This document shows, in pieces, positions 1 to 17,099 of a stretch of DNA of 64,000 nt. The stretch lies in assembly GCA_051294905.1 (NCBI GenBank), contig CM119372.1:18972001-19036000 (forward strand), read 5' to 3'. The notes under the pieces were generated by a model that was given only the letters and a program-made list of their open reading frames with translations, was not told where the DNA came from and did not search any database. This stretch comes from Botryllus schlosseri. Lineage: Eukaryota. The stretch's first letter is position 1. Every line of letters starts with the position of its first letter. The position numbers and the translations under genes are program-made.

Positions 1-456
1 ATTACTGGCAGCTATAGGTGTTTGTAAGGATAAGATGTGGGATCTCAGATTTATCACTTGTGAATTACAAAATGTTTCAAGTACGACCAACGCTTCTTGC
101 TTTTAAACTTCATCTTAATTGAATTTTTCAAAGTGGAAAACAGTTTTGAGGCACGTTTGCGCCATGTTTACGGGTGAAAGTTTCATAACGTGAACTGAAT
201 ATGTATTGTCGAAAGTGGCCATTTAAACTATGCGATGTCTCGACCAAATGTAAATACTATTTGTGATACTACTTCCTAGAGTAATTTTGATATCTTCATT
301 TTCTACTTTCACTTGAAGCAGTTTTGTTGTCTTGGAAATTGCTGCCTCTACTTGGAGTTAAGTAAAAATTTACATAACTTTTACTTTTACTTCAACACCA
401 ATAAATGTACAACCAAATGGTCCAGTATATTACACGGCTTATTTCCTGCGTTTTAG

Positions 457-5091
<4,635 letters not shown>

Positions 5092-5408
5092 TGATGCCGT
5101 TCACTTCTTTTCTCTCGCTTGTGTGTTCTTTTAGTCCCCCGTCTGTACCGGCGCACAAAATATTTCGTAGCGGCCGACCCCCCACCCCCAAATGCTTGAT
5201 TTTATTGTTTTATCTCCGTTTCTCTTATACTGCCTCGTTTCATTCTACTGTTGGTCGCGTTTCCAAATCGATTTGCTTCGCTCGTCATGAAATATTCGAT
5301 AGATCCGAGCGGCGTTTGGATACCGGGCCTCGGTTTGCACGTGTTGCGTTGGTGTTGTCTATGGTTACCTTGGGTCTGATTTGCGTGAATTGACCCGCCT
5401 GTTCTTTT

Positions 5409-5573
5409 TCGATGTATTGTGGACGCCCTTGCACAAGCGGATTACATTTTTTGTAACTGGTCCATCCGCTCTTGTGTACTTCGTTCGTCGATGTATTGTT
5501 GACGCCCTTGCACAAGCGGATTACATTTTTTGTAACTGGTCCATCCGCTCTTGTGTACTTCGTTCGTCGATGT
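5409..5573 (+). repeat. 79-bp tandem duplication in the CUL1 3' UTR
   Basis: The unit starting tcgatgtattgt(g/t)gacgcccttgcacaagcggat begins at 5409 and 5488; a third start is at 5567; one mismatch seen. Confidence 0.9.
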
Positions 5574-5676
5574 CGTCTATTCGACCTGTTGTTGTCTGCC
5601 CCTGTAATCGGTCAATTGACCCGGTATTAAGTTTCGAGTTGTGCTGTTGAAGTGGTCATCCTTCCTTTGCTTGGCG

Positions 5677-5682
5677 AATAAA
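5677..5682 (+). promoter_or_regulatory. Candidate CUL1 polyadenylation signal AATAAA
   Basis: First canonical AATAAA noticed, about 590 nt after the stop, followed by T/G-rich sequence. Confidence 0.5.
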
Positions 5683-5974
5683 TTTATTGGGTTGACCGAG
5701 TTCGTGTGCGTGGAAATGGTCGGGGGAGATGGGATTGGGAAGTAGGCGATGGATTTTTCGTACGTGTAGACAAGTGTGGACGAAAGGCATGTTTTCCACT
5801 TGTTCTGCACTTACCACATCGCAATGGGTCCGTGGCATCAGTTCACCGCTAAAACAAATCGATGCTCCCAAACTTCCATCCTGTGCGGTTTGCATTTGCT
5901 GTAGGGGGTCGTGGGAATGTTTCCTCGGAGATTGCTTGTTGACTCCCAACCGACGGCTTTATCTTCGTGTGTAG

Positions 5975-6395
5975 CCTACTAGCTTCCGCACCCCAAACCC
6001 CTTACAGGGGGGGGGCGAGCTCGAAAGGGACCTAAAATGGTTGGTGAATTAACATGAATTATGAAATATTTTTGGACATTAATGCTGGGCGCGATTTAAT
6101 AGTGCCAAACATCTTGATTAAAGGGTACCCTTCCCCCAAGTAAAAACACGCACGTTTTATACAAATGTGTATTTCGGTCAAGACGCGCCAAGACATGAAG
6201 TTTTAGGCCATGTAACAAAAGTAACATGCGACTCCGCGAAGTGTGTCTGTTAGAACGATCGGCAGCGAGATAACCTTGGCCAAAAAGGACTGCCCTTATG
6301 CTGACCGAAAACTTCCATACAATGATACATATGTGCATGACTGTTCATGTTCAATGTTCATAGGCGTCTAAATGACTGGCGCCGAATGTTTCAGT
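5975..6395. mobile_element. Dispersed repeat (MITE-like), partial copy
   Basis: Inverted homologue of about 14385-14804 (shared ccgcaccccaaacccc..gagctcgaa..cttatgctgaccgaa..aaatgactggcgcc). Confidence 0.65.
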
Positions 6396-7080
6396 TCCAC
6401 TGTTCCAATTACTCTTCCCCCACGCGGAGGCTTAACGTGAATCTAGTTAATATTTCCTCGTCTCGACACAAAGATTGGCGTTCCGGCGTGCTGTGCGGCG
6501 ACGCAACTGAGCCCGGAGTGAGTCCCGGTGAGTGAGAGTTTTCTGTTCTCGGCAAGGGGTGGGAACCCTGCCCAGTTCCCAGTGTTTTGAATGTCTAAGC
6601 GAAGAAATCCAACTGAGCTGAGCACGGATAAACGACGAGAGTAACTGGTAGCCAGAGGTGGTCAGTAACGAAGTACTTTTACTTTTTCGAAGTACTCAAG
6701 TAGTTTTCCTCTACTTCTAGTACTAACTCAAGTAGATCTAATTTTCGCTACTTCTACTTCGTAATATTTTGTGATCTACTTACTTACTTTTCTCTATTTT
6801 CCGTTTGTCAGTAGAAGTAGTTCAATCCTCCAAGGAAGATAGTCTGATGAATTTCGGGGCTGTTTTCACGTAGTATTAACATTTAATTTTCATAAAAGTT
6901 GAGTAAAGCCCAGAATTTTCGTCGCGCTTAGCGCGCAGTGGATACGGATTTACCAGTATGATTTCACGAAAGTATCGGTGAATATATAATTTAGGTAGCG
7001 TGTTGGCGTGGTTCCGTTCACACTGCATTGTCGCCCTTCGCCCATATGAAATATGTCATCACAGTAATGGCTCATCACAA

Positions 7081-9182
7081 CATAGTGTCCTATATGGTGT
7101 CGACACAAGCAAATCGCACGGTTCAATGAAATTGTATCACGTCACAGTTTCCATTTGGCTACAGGCAATTTGACGGTGATTTTTGACCGGCTTGCCGAGC
7201 ATTAAATTTGATGAATCGGGTATCAATCGAAAGCTGACTCTGCACTGATTACGAAAATATAAATTTTATTCCGCTCGCGGCCCTGGAACCCCCACAATCA
7301 GCCCCCAATTATTCATTGTCGAGTAGATTGGCAGTGTGACGCAACAATGCTGTCTGGCGGAACGAGAGACTAGCTCAAGAGCAAGGATGCGGCCGAGCGG
7401 CGAGAGTGGGATCAGCTGACGTCGCGGCAATAGCAATGTGCAACCGCGCCACAGAGAAACGCTGCGCTGTTGATACTTTTTCTATGCGTTTCGGTACAAG
7501 CGAGCACACACCAGCCTTTCCTTGACTTGTAAGGGTAAAACTGGGTCCACAGAATGTATTAGGGCCCTACCAATTTTCGCGCAATATCCTTCAGCTGATA
7601 AAGATATGTAGGCTACGTCCAAGTAGTCTACATTGGATATGTCAAATTATTATGATATCGATTGCCTTAGCCCGCTTGTTGCGTAGGGCTCCAGAGACAC
7701 GTCGCGCTGTTGATGGCGGGTGTCGATACTTTCTATAGTCGCTTTTATGGTTAAGTGTGAGCAAGGAGCATTGAGCATGAGCTTACATTACAAGCTTTTA
7801 TTTGATCCGTATGGGTAGGACTTGGTCCGCGAATGCAGCAGGTAAAATGTTGATTGTTGAATAAAGTTTAACAGCAGGAGTGTCGAATTAAACTGGTATC
7901 GCTGTCCGGATTCAATCCGTTACTAAAAAGCTTGCGGGCCATACCTGCCAAATGATTCCAAAATGTTACCACCAAATTCATACCTTTGTTTTTCACTGGA
8001 ATATATCTGATATCACTATAAACGTTGACGTTGGAATTTGGTTTAGCATTTTTCAATCACCAAATAGTTTTTTTGAATGCCGGGGACCTTTTGCGTCAAA
8101 AGTAATACAGTGGTATCACAGATATTTGAATTATATTCATTCTGTAGCCTGTATATATATTCCTAACGTAACTTACGTAAAACGGATTTGCAGTATTTTT
8201 TCGCATCTGTGAATAACTGAATGTCCATTGTCCATTCGGCCAAACAGAGTTTGCACTTTTTCGCCTTCTCGGAATTTGGCAAGGTCACCGACGTGGTGCT
8301 TATGGGGACTAGAGTGAAAACTCAACACTGTAGTTGTATTACTACAATATGATATATTTACATTATCTAAATTTGCTGTCTTGAGTGAATCTTATTACTT
8401 GAAAGTATATTTTTCTTGCTAGGAATATCTCTAACAGCTGAAGGATTGCGCGAAAATTGGTAGGGACCAAATACATTCTGTGGACCCAGTTCTACCATTA
8501 CAAGGAAAGGCTGGTGTGTGCTCGCTTTTAGAAGCGCATAGAAAAAGTATCAACAGCGCCACGCATCTCTTGAGCCCTACGCAACAAGCGGGCTAAGGCA
8601 ATCGATATCATAATAATTTGACATATCCAATGTAGACTACTTGGACGTAGCCTACATATCTTTATCAGCTGAAGGATATTGCGCGAAAATTGGTAGGGCC
8701 CTAATACATTCTGTGGACCCAGTTTTACCCTTACAAGTCAAGGAAAGGCTGGTGTGTGCTCGCTTGTACCGAAACGCATAGAAAAAGTATCAACAGCGCA
8801 GCGTTTCTCTGTGGCGCGGTTGCACATTGCTATTGCCGCGACGTCAGCTGATCCCACTCTCGCCGCTCGGCCGCATCCTTGCTCTTGAGCTAGTCTCTCG
8901 TTCCGCCAGACAGCATTGTTGCGTCACACTGCCAATCTACTCGACAATGAATAATTGGGGGCTGATTGTGGGGGTTCCAGGGCCGCGAGCGGAATAAAAT
9001 TTATATTTTCGTAATCAGTGCAGAGTCAGCTTTCGATTGATACCCGATTCATCAAATTTAATGCTCGGCAAGCCGGTCAAAAATCACCGTCAAATTGCCT
9101 GTAGCCAAATGGAAACTGTGACGTGATACAATTTCATTGAACCGTGCGATTTGCTTGTGTCGACACCATATAGGACACTATG
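7081..9182. mobile_element. Foldback-type element with 611-bp perfect TIRs, CATAG termini, 7-bp TSD (P/Galileo-like or Mutator-like)
   Basis: 7081-7691 is the exact reverse complement of 8572-9182 (checked line by line); TSD ATCACAA (7074-7080, 9183-9189); absent from the sibling hAT at 48-49 kb. Confidence 0.93.
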
Positions 9183-9334
9183 ATCACAACGTTCGAACCC
9201 GATGTTTCGCAATCTAGCATTTCCTTATCACATCGTAATCTAGCATGTCCATTGTCCAAAATGTCCATGGCGTGTCCTAATCTGGAAAAGTGGACTCTGA
9301 CTTTTTTTAGTTTTAGAGCTGTTTAGCATACCAC

Positions 9335-10984
9335 TATCGAATGTGACTATGGAACGGAAACTCCTGTTTTCCGATTGTTAAGTCACGCTCGACTGAATCT
9401 AGCGACTTTGGTCAATCGCAGCGCAACAATCGAACAATTTGCCTTAGGTTAAATGGCATATCACACTTATAGATACCCGACTTTGATAACAAAATTACTA
9501 CACTAATCAGTCAGTGGTAATCTTGAAACTGGCAACAGTGTTAGATGACATCATCAAGACATACAATTCGGAAGCTAGTCGCTCATCTGGGTATGCAACA
9601 CAATCAAAATCAACATAGACCGATAGCGGCTTTTGCGAAAAATCCGTTACGCGCTAGGCTGCGCGCACCTATATACTCGACTTCGATAACGAAATTACCA
9701 CCGTAATCAGTTGGTGGCAATCTTGAAATTTGCTACAGTGTTAGATGACATCATCAATATATACAATTCGAAAGCTAGTCGCTCATCTGGGTATGCAATT
9801 AAAATCCACATGGACCGACGCCGGCTTTTGCTAAAAATACGTTACGCGCTAGGCTGCGCGCACCTGTATAGCCTACTCGCGTAAAATCTATTATGCGATA
9901 GCGCACTTTGCGCATACATATGCAATATACAAATACACGAAATTTCAAATAAGTATTTCGGCGTCGGCCATTATTTATCACCCTATGGCGGGCCCAAGAC
10001 CAACGTTTTGGGGGGGCTGACGAAGTGCTGTTACATTCCTGCATCCAGCCTATAGGCCTGCCTGCGGAACAGATTTTACGCAAAAACCTGTGTTGCTCTA
10101 TAGATTTTGAAGGTATTTCCATAGCGGGAGAGATGACGAGATTTCGTATCTATTATTCCCCATTCGGATTATGCGTTCTAACTCTGTGCGAAATTTAAAG
10201 GCTCTTCCTACACGGTTGGATCAGTAATTTCGTTACCGAAGTCGAGTATGTACTGTATAGATGCGCAGTTGCGCACTGTGCGCACAGCCTAGCCAATAAC
10301 GGATTTTTCGCAAAAGCCGTCATCGGTCTATGTTGATTTTGATTGTGTTGAATACCGAGATGAGGGACTAGCTTTCGAATTGTATATCTTGATGATGTCA
10401 TGTAACACTGCAGCAACTTTCAAGATTGCCACTAACTGAATAGGGTGGTAATTTAGTTATCGAAGTCGAGTATAAGTATATAGGGGCGCGCAGCCTAGCG
10501 CGTAACGGAGTTGTCACAAAAGCCGCTATCGGTCGATGTTAATTTTGATTGTGTTGCATACCCAGATGAGCGACTAGCTTTCGAATTGTATTGCAAGATT
10601 ACCACTAACTGATTAGGGTGATAATTTCGTTATCGAGGTCAAGTATATAGGAGCGCGCAGCCTAGCGCCTAACGGATTTTTCGCAAAAGCCGCTATCGGT
10701 CTATGTTGATTTTGATTGTGTTGCATACCCAGATGAGCGACTAGCTTCCGAATTGTATATCTTGATGATGTCATCTTACACTGTAGCAAGTTTCAAGATT
10801 ACCACTGACTGATTAGTCTAGTAATTTCGTTATCAAAGTCGAGTATCTACAAGTGTGATATGCCATTTAACCTAAGGCAAATTGCTCGATTGTTGCGCTG
10901 CGATTGACCAAAGTCGCTAGATTCAGTCGAACGTGACTTAACAATGGGAAAACGGGAGTTTCCGTTCCATAGTCACATTCGATA
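9335..10984. mobile_element. Foldback-type element with long TIRs built from ~200-bp tandem units, 7-bp TSD
   Basis: Termini tatcgaatgtgactatggaacggaaactcc / ggagtttccgttccatagtcacattcgata; TSD ATACCAC (9328-9334, 10985-10991); two units in the left arm, about three in the right arm. Confidence 0.9.
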
Positions 10985-11056
10985 ATACCACCTTTGAAAC
11001 TTTCTGGACTAAAGACATGAAATACATGTTCCGCTTTTAGTAGTATTTATATTTCA

Positions 11057-11338
11057 ATAGGCTTTTCGAAGTACAGAACTTCAATATTGCAGCAAACACA
11101 ACGTTCATATTGCCAAATTTATTCCACTGGAAGCTTTTCGACTGACTCTCTTCAGCGCTGAACCCCAGTAAATGTCTACTTGTCATTATTACGTCACAGC
11201 GACACAATTCTTTCTATATTTCGAACTTGGTTAACCTGATTTACTGGCGTTCACTGCTGAAGAGTTGAAGAGAGCCAGTCTAAACGATTCCAGCGGAGTA
11301 AATTTGGGAATATGAACGTATTGTTTTCTGCAATATTG
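11057..11338. mobile_element. Degenerate palindromic MITE inside the hAT
   Basis: Imperfect ~75-bp inverted arms (tcaatattgcag...ctcttca); flanked by ATATTTCA at 11049-11056 and 11339-11346; absent from the 48-49 kb sibling. Confidence 0.6.
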
Positions 11339-12084
11339 ATATTTCACTTTCAATTCCCAGTATCGAGTTCTAATTCATATCAGTTCTTTTGCCTCGACAG
11401 CATACACGTTGAAGTATAATAGTAAGTGTAGTAATGCCTTTAATTTCCGGAAATAAAACTACACAATTTGGCATTTTTACGGGCCACAATATTTTTTAAT
11501 AACGTTTACTCATCGCGCAGAGTGTGGGGGAGGGCTCCATACCATGATATTTCCTAAAACGCGCTGTTCGAGAAAACAGAGGATTAGTATCGCATTTTCA
11601 TATCAATACTATCGTTTTCATCCCATGATGCGGATGAATGCTTATGCTGTCGAAAATTGGATACCTCCTGGTATGCATCAATAAAATAGAGCTCGGCACC
11701 TTTCGCATTGTTCAATTTGCACCTTTTGACAATCCATGTGAACGAATTAGGATCGTTTTCACAACTACTTACTTACTTGAGTAGATTTAAAGTCGGTCAA
11801 TTCTACTTCTACTTCAAGTAGTTTTAGGTTGCTTATGGAAGAAGTAGACTACTTCTACTCGTACTTGAGTAGATTTTTTTCGTCGCTACTCCTACTTCTA
11901 CTTGAGTAGCTTTCCTGACTACTTTGACCACCTCTGCTGGTAGCCCGTCGCATCAATCAGTAGGCTACCCAAAAAGTAGCTCTTGGTTTCGAAAAGGTCG
12001 GTGACCCTAAATAGAGTTGAGCTTGATGTGATAAGCTTCCAGTCATCGACTTCTGACATTTCGTGGGTATGAACCCAAAGCGGA

Positions 12085-12434
12085 ATTGATAAATCTATGA
12101 ACAGATCACTGCTCAGTGTGCTCACAGATTTAAATTTCAATCCTGTTCTAAGAATCGGGACAACAGACTTTCATCTCTATAGTTTTGACAAATTGGTTAT
12201 TGAGGTCGGCCAGCCTATGAAATCTCGCCATTGTTTCTGGCGCGTGTACGATATCATCATAGCAATGTTTGGTTTGTTTCAAATAAGCATATATATTATC
12301 TCCATGTCCTCACTATATAATCAATTAAAATACCAGCAATATTGCGTTCTGGTTTATGATCCCAATTTTTGCGGCCCGCGAATGGATTCAGATGTTGAAT
12401 GCGGCCCGCGAGCTCAAAAGTTTGTCCACCCCTG
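12085..12434. mobile_element. Truncated hAT MITE (family of 31343-31941)
   Basis: Right end gcggcccgcgaatggattcagatgttgaatgcggcccgcgagctcaaaagtttgtccacccctg and its interior match 31630-31941; left TIR not found. Confidence 0.7.
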
Positions 12435-12687
12435 CTATAGAATGGAAACATTCTATAGTAACATTCTATAGTGTCACAGCTATCAGTAGAATAGTTTAGT
12501 TTAGCCATAGTATTCTAAGACAGAGAGAGAGAGCCTGTATTTTCATCTAACCAAAATACATAACAACAGACGGCAATGATGGTGGTACAGAAAACATGCA
12601 TGCACATTGCACAATATTCGGTAGTAGATAGGAATGATCGTCTGATCACACCCGCATCGAACAGATAGGCTACACTTGACTCTATAC

Positions 12688-14160
12688 CAGTGTCCACTGT
12701 CCAGTGGTTTCTCAACCGCCGGTGCACGACGACCTTTCTGTCGGTCCGCGAGCTAAATTAGGATTTTATACCTTAATTTGAAGATGCAAGATGTTGAAGG
12801 CTTGTCCATTGGTAAAATAATAAAACGTTATTTAAACTGATGCAGAACTTCGTGGGGTAAGATTAGGCCCGCAAACATGATCGATTTGGCTTAAAGTCCA
12901 AGCTGTCTCCGGTGACTCGCTAACCCGCGCAATTGGTACGATCATTCGTTTTCGATTCATTCGACAAAAGGTGCTTGGTCCTACTGCAAACCGCTTCATC
13001 TCTGGATATTATCATAGAGAAGAATACTATTCGAGTTGGCGCGGTCGGCATTCGGCGCGAAATTAGCCTATGTTTATCCGAGCAAGTCAATTTTACCTCG
13101 ACTCAGCAGACACTACCGTAAAATCACACGAATACCAACATAAAAATATTTAATTACGAACAATACCATCAAAATGTAGCTCTCTAGTACAGGGGTGGCC
13201 AACTTGCGGCCGTAGAAGGAAATTTGTGCGGCCGTGGACACGTAATTCAACTAGTAGGCCTATCTGTTTGCGGCAGTCGACAAGAAAATTGAATTTACGA
13301 ATTGACTCCCGAATTCCTGATATATGTCAACTTATCTTGAAATTTCAATGCGACTTCATTTTTCGATTTTATTCGTAGCGGCCTCTGCAATCTGAGCCCC
13401 ACAGTACAGATGCGAACAGCAGAAGAAAATGATGCACCCCAAATAGAAAAACCAACTTGGAATCGTGCGCTCCTCAAGAAAGAAATTTGTTTCTGGTACG
13501 TTTGGGAGATTCCAATATCTTTCCACTCCCACAATCCTGATGGGAGGTCAAGAAATAAAAACAAGCAACAAAAGTGACTATAATAACGATTGGCCCACCC
13601 GAAGATGCATCATCATTTGTAACTTGCTTCAAATTTTCGAAAACACTCCCTCCATCAATCAACTCTACCAATCGCATTGGCTGGGAAAGGATATAATATA
13701 TTTGATAGTAATATCTGAAACTACGAATATGAATGACGAAATTCATTCGTTAATCGTTAAAATTTTTCGCGATTCGCGCGACCATAACGTCGTTCCCAGT
13801 ACTTATTCATAACATGATCACTATATGTAGCGATTTCGGTGCGTATAGTAAGACGATATGAAAAAGTAGATTAGTCCGGAGTTCATCAGAAATTGACATG
13901 GTCAGTTTAACATGGGCATTTCGCGCCCAGCTAGTTCATTATGACTATGTCCTGGAATGCGGCCATAGGCAAAATAAGTAATCGAAATGCGGCCGTGAAT
14001 AGCAAAACGGTTGGACACCCGTTCTCTAGTACCACTCTTGCTGAAAAACGGCTGCCTACATTACATTTTGGGTTGATTTCAATTTTTAAGATCCACCGGT
14101 CCGCCAAATATCTTTTGAAATTTTACCTGTCCGCGAGCTGAAAAAGGTTGAGACCCACTG
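12688..14160. mobile_element. hAT MITE containing a nested hAT MITE
   Basis: TIR cagtggtttctcaacc (12702) / ggttgagacccactg (14160); TSD CTCTATAC (12680-12687, 14161-14168); an extra 14 nt precede the left TIR. Confidence 0.82.
13190..14023. mobile_element. hAT MITE nested in 12688-14160
   Basis: TIR caggggtggccaac / gttggacacccgtt (degenerate); perfect TSD CTCTAGTA (13182-13189, 14024-14031). Confidence 0.85.
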
Positions 14161-14384
14161 CTCTATACACTTTGTTCTAATAAGGAACACTATGGGTCAA
14201 TTCAATGTTGTAATATTTTCATCATCTTAAAACACCGCAACATACAATGTATCGTGGGGTTCGTGGAACCCTTCAAGTTTTCCGGCGGTTGTGCGTATAA
14301 GAGACGCACACGATTTCAAATTGGTATTTCTTCACTGGCATAAAATTTTTCCCAGCGGGATGGTATTTGTCTTGTGAGGTTCAG

Positions 14385-14804
14385 ATTGCAAATACAGGAA
14401 CATTTGGCGCCAGTCATTTAGGCGCCTATGAACAAATAAACCTATATATATGTATTTTGTATATATAACGAAGTCTTCGGTCAGCATAAGGGCATAGACC
14501 TTTTCGGCCAAGGTTTTCTCGCTGCCGATCGTTCTGGCACACTTCTTGGAGTCGCATGTTTTATGGCCTAAAACTTGATTGTATGTCTTGGTGGGTCGTG
14601 GCGCGGTAATGGCCCAATACCCATGCAATAACAAGGATAAACGACTACTTGAATTCGCGCGCAGCGCGAAAAAAATTTGAAAAAATTGCATAAATTTTCA
14701 AAAAATACTCTATGATTTATGCTAATTCACGAAATAATTTTGGGCCCCCTTCGAGCTCGGGCCCCCCCAATTGGGGGGTTTGGGGTGCGGCAGTTACGGT
14801 GCTG
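14385..14804. mobile_element. Dispersed repeat (MITE-like), inverted relative of 5975-6395
   Basis: Reverse-complement homology; terminus-like gcggcagttacggtgctg at 14804. Confidence 0.65.
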
Positions 14805-14859
14805 AGGACACACAATGCTGACAGCATCGTAACCATGTTAGCTTCAAGCACGCTTCTAC

Positions 14860-15136
14860 TATACGTGTAGATTTCGCGCCCCCTTATCGCCATATCACAA
14901 AACGCAACCAGGATGCTATAGCAAACCTAATGGATAGTTTGGTGGCATGGGAGGTTACGACTATTGATGAGAGATTTTTAAATATGAAATTCATACTAAA
15001 TCAAGAGCAATAATTATGATATGGAAGTAAATCGCGCGAAGCGCGAAAACATTTTCAGTTGAGCTCAGCTTCGCGATCCCCTTCAGATGCTTTCATGACC
15101 CCAAGGGGCACGCGTCCCTCAGGTTGAGACCCACGG
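14860..15136. mobile_element. Partial copy of the 2347-2651 MITE family
   Basis: Shared interior (gatagtttg.tggcatgg.aggtt...aaatatgaaatt...gcgcgaaa) and right end caggttgagacccacgg; left TIR missing. Confidence 0.6.
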
Positions 15137-17099
15137 CCTTAGAATTATCATGGTGAAATATACTAAGAAAAAGTTTAATTAAGTCCTTGCATTAATTCGA
15201 TATTTAGTACGCATTTTCTCAATATTTTTAATTAGTTTCTAAAGACTCTCGCGGGCCACATGCGGCCCGCGGGCCGTAGTTTGCCCACCCCTGTTGTATA
15301 GTGACACGAAATATTGTACGCTAGAGGCAGTAGCCTACCATGATCGAGGCTAAGCTATACAAGGAAGAATGCAGCGGTCGGGAATCATATGTGTCTGCCT
15401 CTGCAAAGTTGTTATCATATTGGTTGCCGTAGCGCATGTGCATGAGCAATGAGCGTGGTGCGATAAGTTTGCACTGTGCATGTAATCAACGCCAGATGCA
15501 ATCCCGTCCTTATTAGCACAGTAATTGGCATCACATTCGGTTGCGCCGTTTAAACTATTTCAACAATTGAAATATGTATGATATACAATGTACAAAAAGC
15601 ACTATCTACTTGTGGTGTTTGCGATACTACTAGCTTTGTTTTTGTTCCTACTGTGTGCGTGTTAGACTTTGCTTGCAGGAGACAGATAATCTTTTTGACG
15701 TGCAGTAAAGGCCTATTTCATTTGGCTGTTCAAATAGCTGTTTGCAAATGCTCGGCGAAGATGATATATAGCCTACACAAAGATATGTACGAGCAGGTAT
15801 ATTAGCACAGCATAAATATGCACTGTGTGCAACGGAATCCAATAACGATTGCGCCGCTGTCCCCAAAGATTTGTATACGCCGACTGTCATCGTCGTAAAT
15901 TTAATATGTAACACTATTTGCTCCTTTATTTGGGAAATCGAAACACGTCTTTTGCGACATGTCCATTTGTATGTTGGGTATTAATGCGAGGAATGAGCGA
16001 TGTCCTCGGGTTTGTTTGTTTGGACAATTGACATGGGCTAACGATAGAAAAAGATGATCTTAACCAAGAACTTATAGTTGCCTTGAGTTGTGACTTGTGA
16101 ACAGTGAAATGAGCAGTAGACGTCTTTGCAGTAAAAAAACTTGTGATATCGTGATCTGGGAGGATGTAACTGTTTTTGAAAAGCATAGGACTCTGTAGCC
16201 GATGATGTGCATCTCAGACTGGCTTTTTTGGATATTTATTCAACCAATTCAGGTTTGTTCTTAGGCTTTAGTGAATGTAGAAATTCGCTATACAGGCCTT
16301 AACTCTGCCTTAGTGCCTGGTTGATGAACACCTATTTCCTGGCAACTCAGAATTACCATTGTATAATTAAAAGTTGTCACAGATTGTTAACAACATTGGC
16401 ATGACAGGTATATTGCCTATCTTATCAGATATCAGCAACCAACTTGAGTATTTTTGCCAGGGGCTGGCGTCGAAGTGCGCTGCTTCTTCTGCACACCAAG
16501 AGTGGCTGCTTTGACATTGTAAACTACTTCTAGTTTTAAACCTTTGTTGCTTGGGGTTTTAAGATTCATGTTGTGCATTGTGTACGATATGATGTTATAA
16601 GAAAATACAAGATTTTTGTTATGATTTTGCTTGCGCCTTCCATGGACTCTCGTTAGGATTTAAGAACCGTTTATTTGGTTTGTGGTTTCATTTTTAGCAA
16701 TCTTGGTATTTTTAGTACAACCATGCTTCATGAAGGGTGGATTTTCTGATATTGGCCCTAGGGCAATGGCACTGAAATATGCAATGCCAGAATGTGCATC
16801 ACTATTGTATGGCGAGCGGTTTGGTAACTTGGTCAAAGAAACAGCTTTTGTGATTTTCAAGTCGATATTACTTGGTGGCTAGTCATTTTTGCAATTATTT
16901 TTGGCACCTTTTCATTGCTTCAACGTTGTAGGCACTCCCAAGGCTGTAAGCCTGTAATCTTTTTCATAGGTATATATCTCGATTGAGTACCATAATGTCA
17001 CTTTGTCAGTTTTTCCTGCGAGTTTGGTATGTGATTGATGCTTCAAAAATTTAAATTGATATCCTGCAAGTATTAACTACTGCAAATGACATCAACTCT

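Larger units (their letters stand above)
6653..11936. mobile_element. Non-autonomous hAT element inflated to 5.3 kb by nested insertions
   Basis: TIR cagaggtggtca / tgaccacctctg; perfect 8-bp TSD CTGGTAGC (6645-6652, 11937-11944); ctacttctacttg-rich subterminal repeats; the un-nested sibling is at 48258-49523. Confidence 0.93.
6410..12009. mobile_element. Old hAT MITE (family of 32067-32521) split in two by the hAT insertion at 6653-11936
   Basis: 6410-6652 and 11945-12009 together align to the reverse complement of 32067-32521, continuous across the insertion point (gagtaactggtagc | ccgtcgcatcaatcagta...aaggtcggtgacccta). Confidence 0.8.

Noticed and set aside
5409-5573. SECIS element in the CUL1 3' UTR (the gene ends TGA TGA)
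   Set aside because: No AUGA/GA quartet or apical AA was seen, and the CDS ends at the conserved cullin C-terminus.
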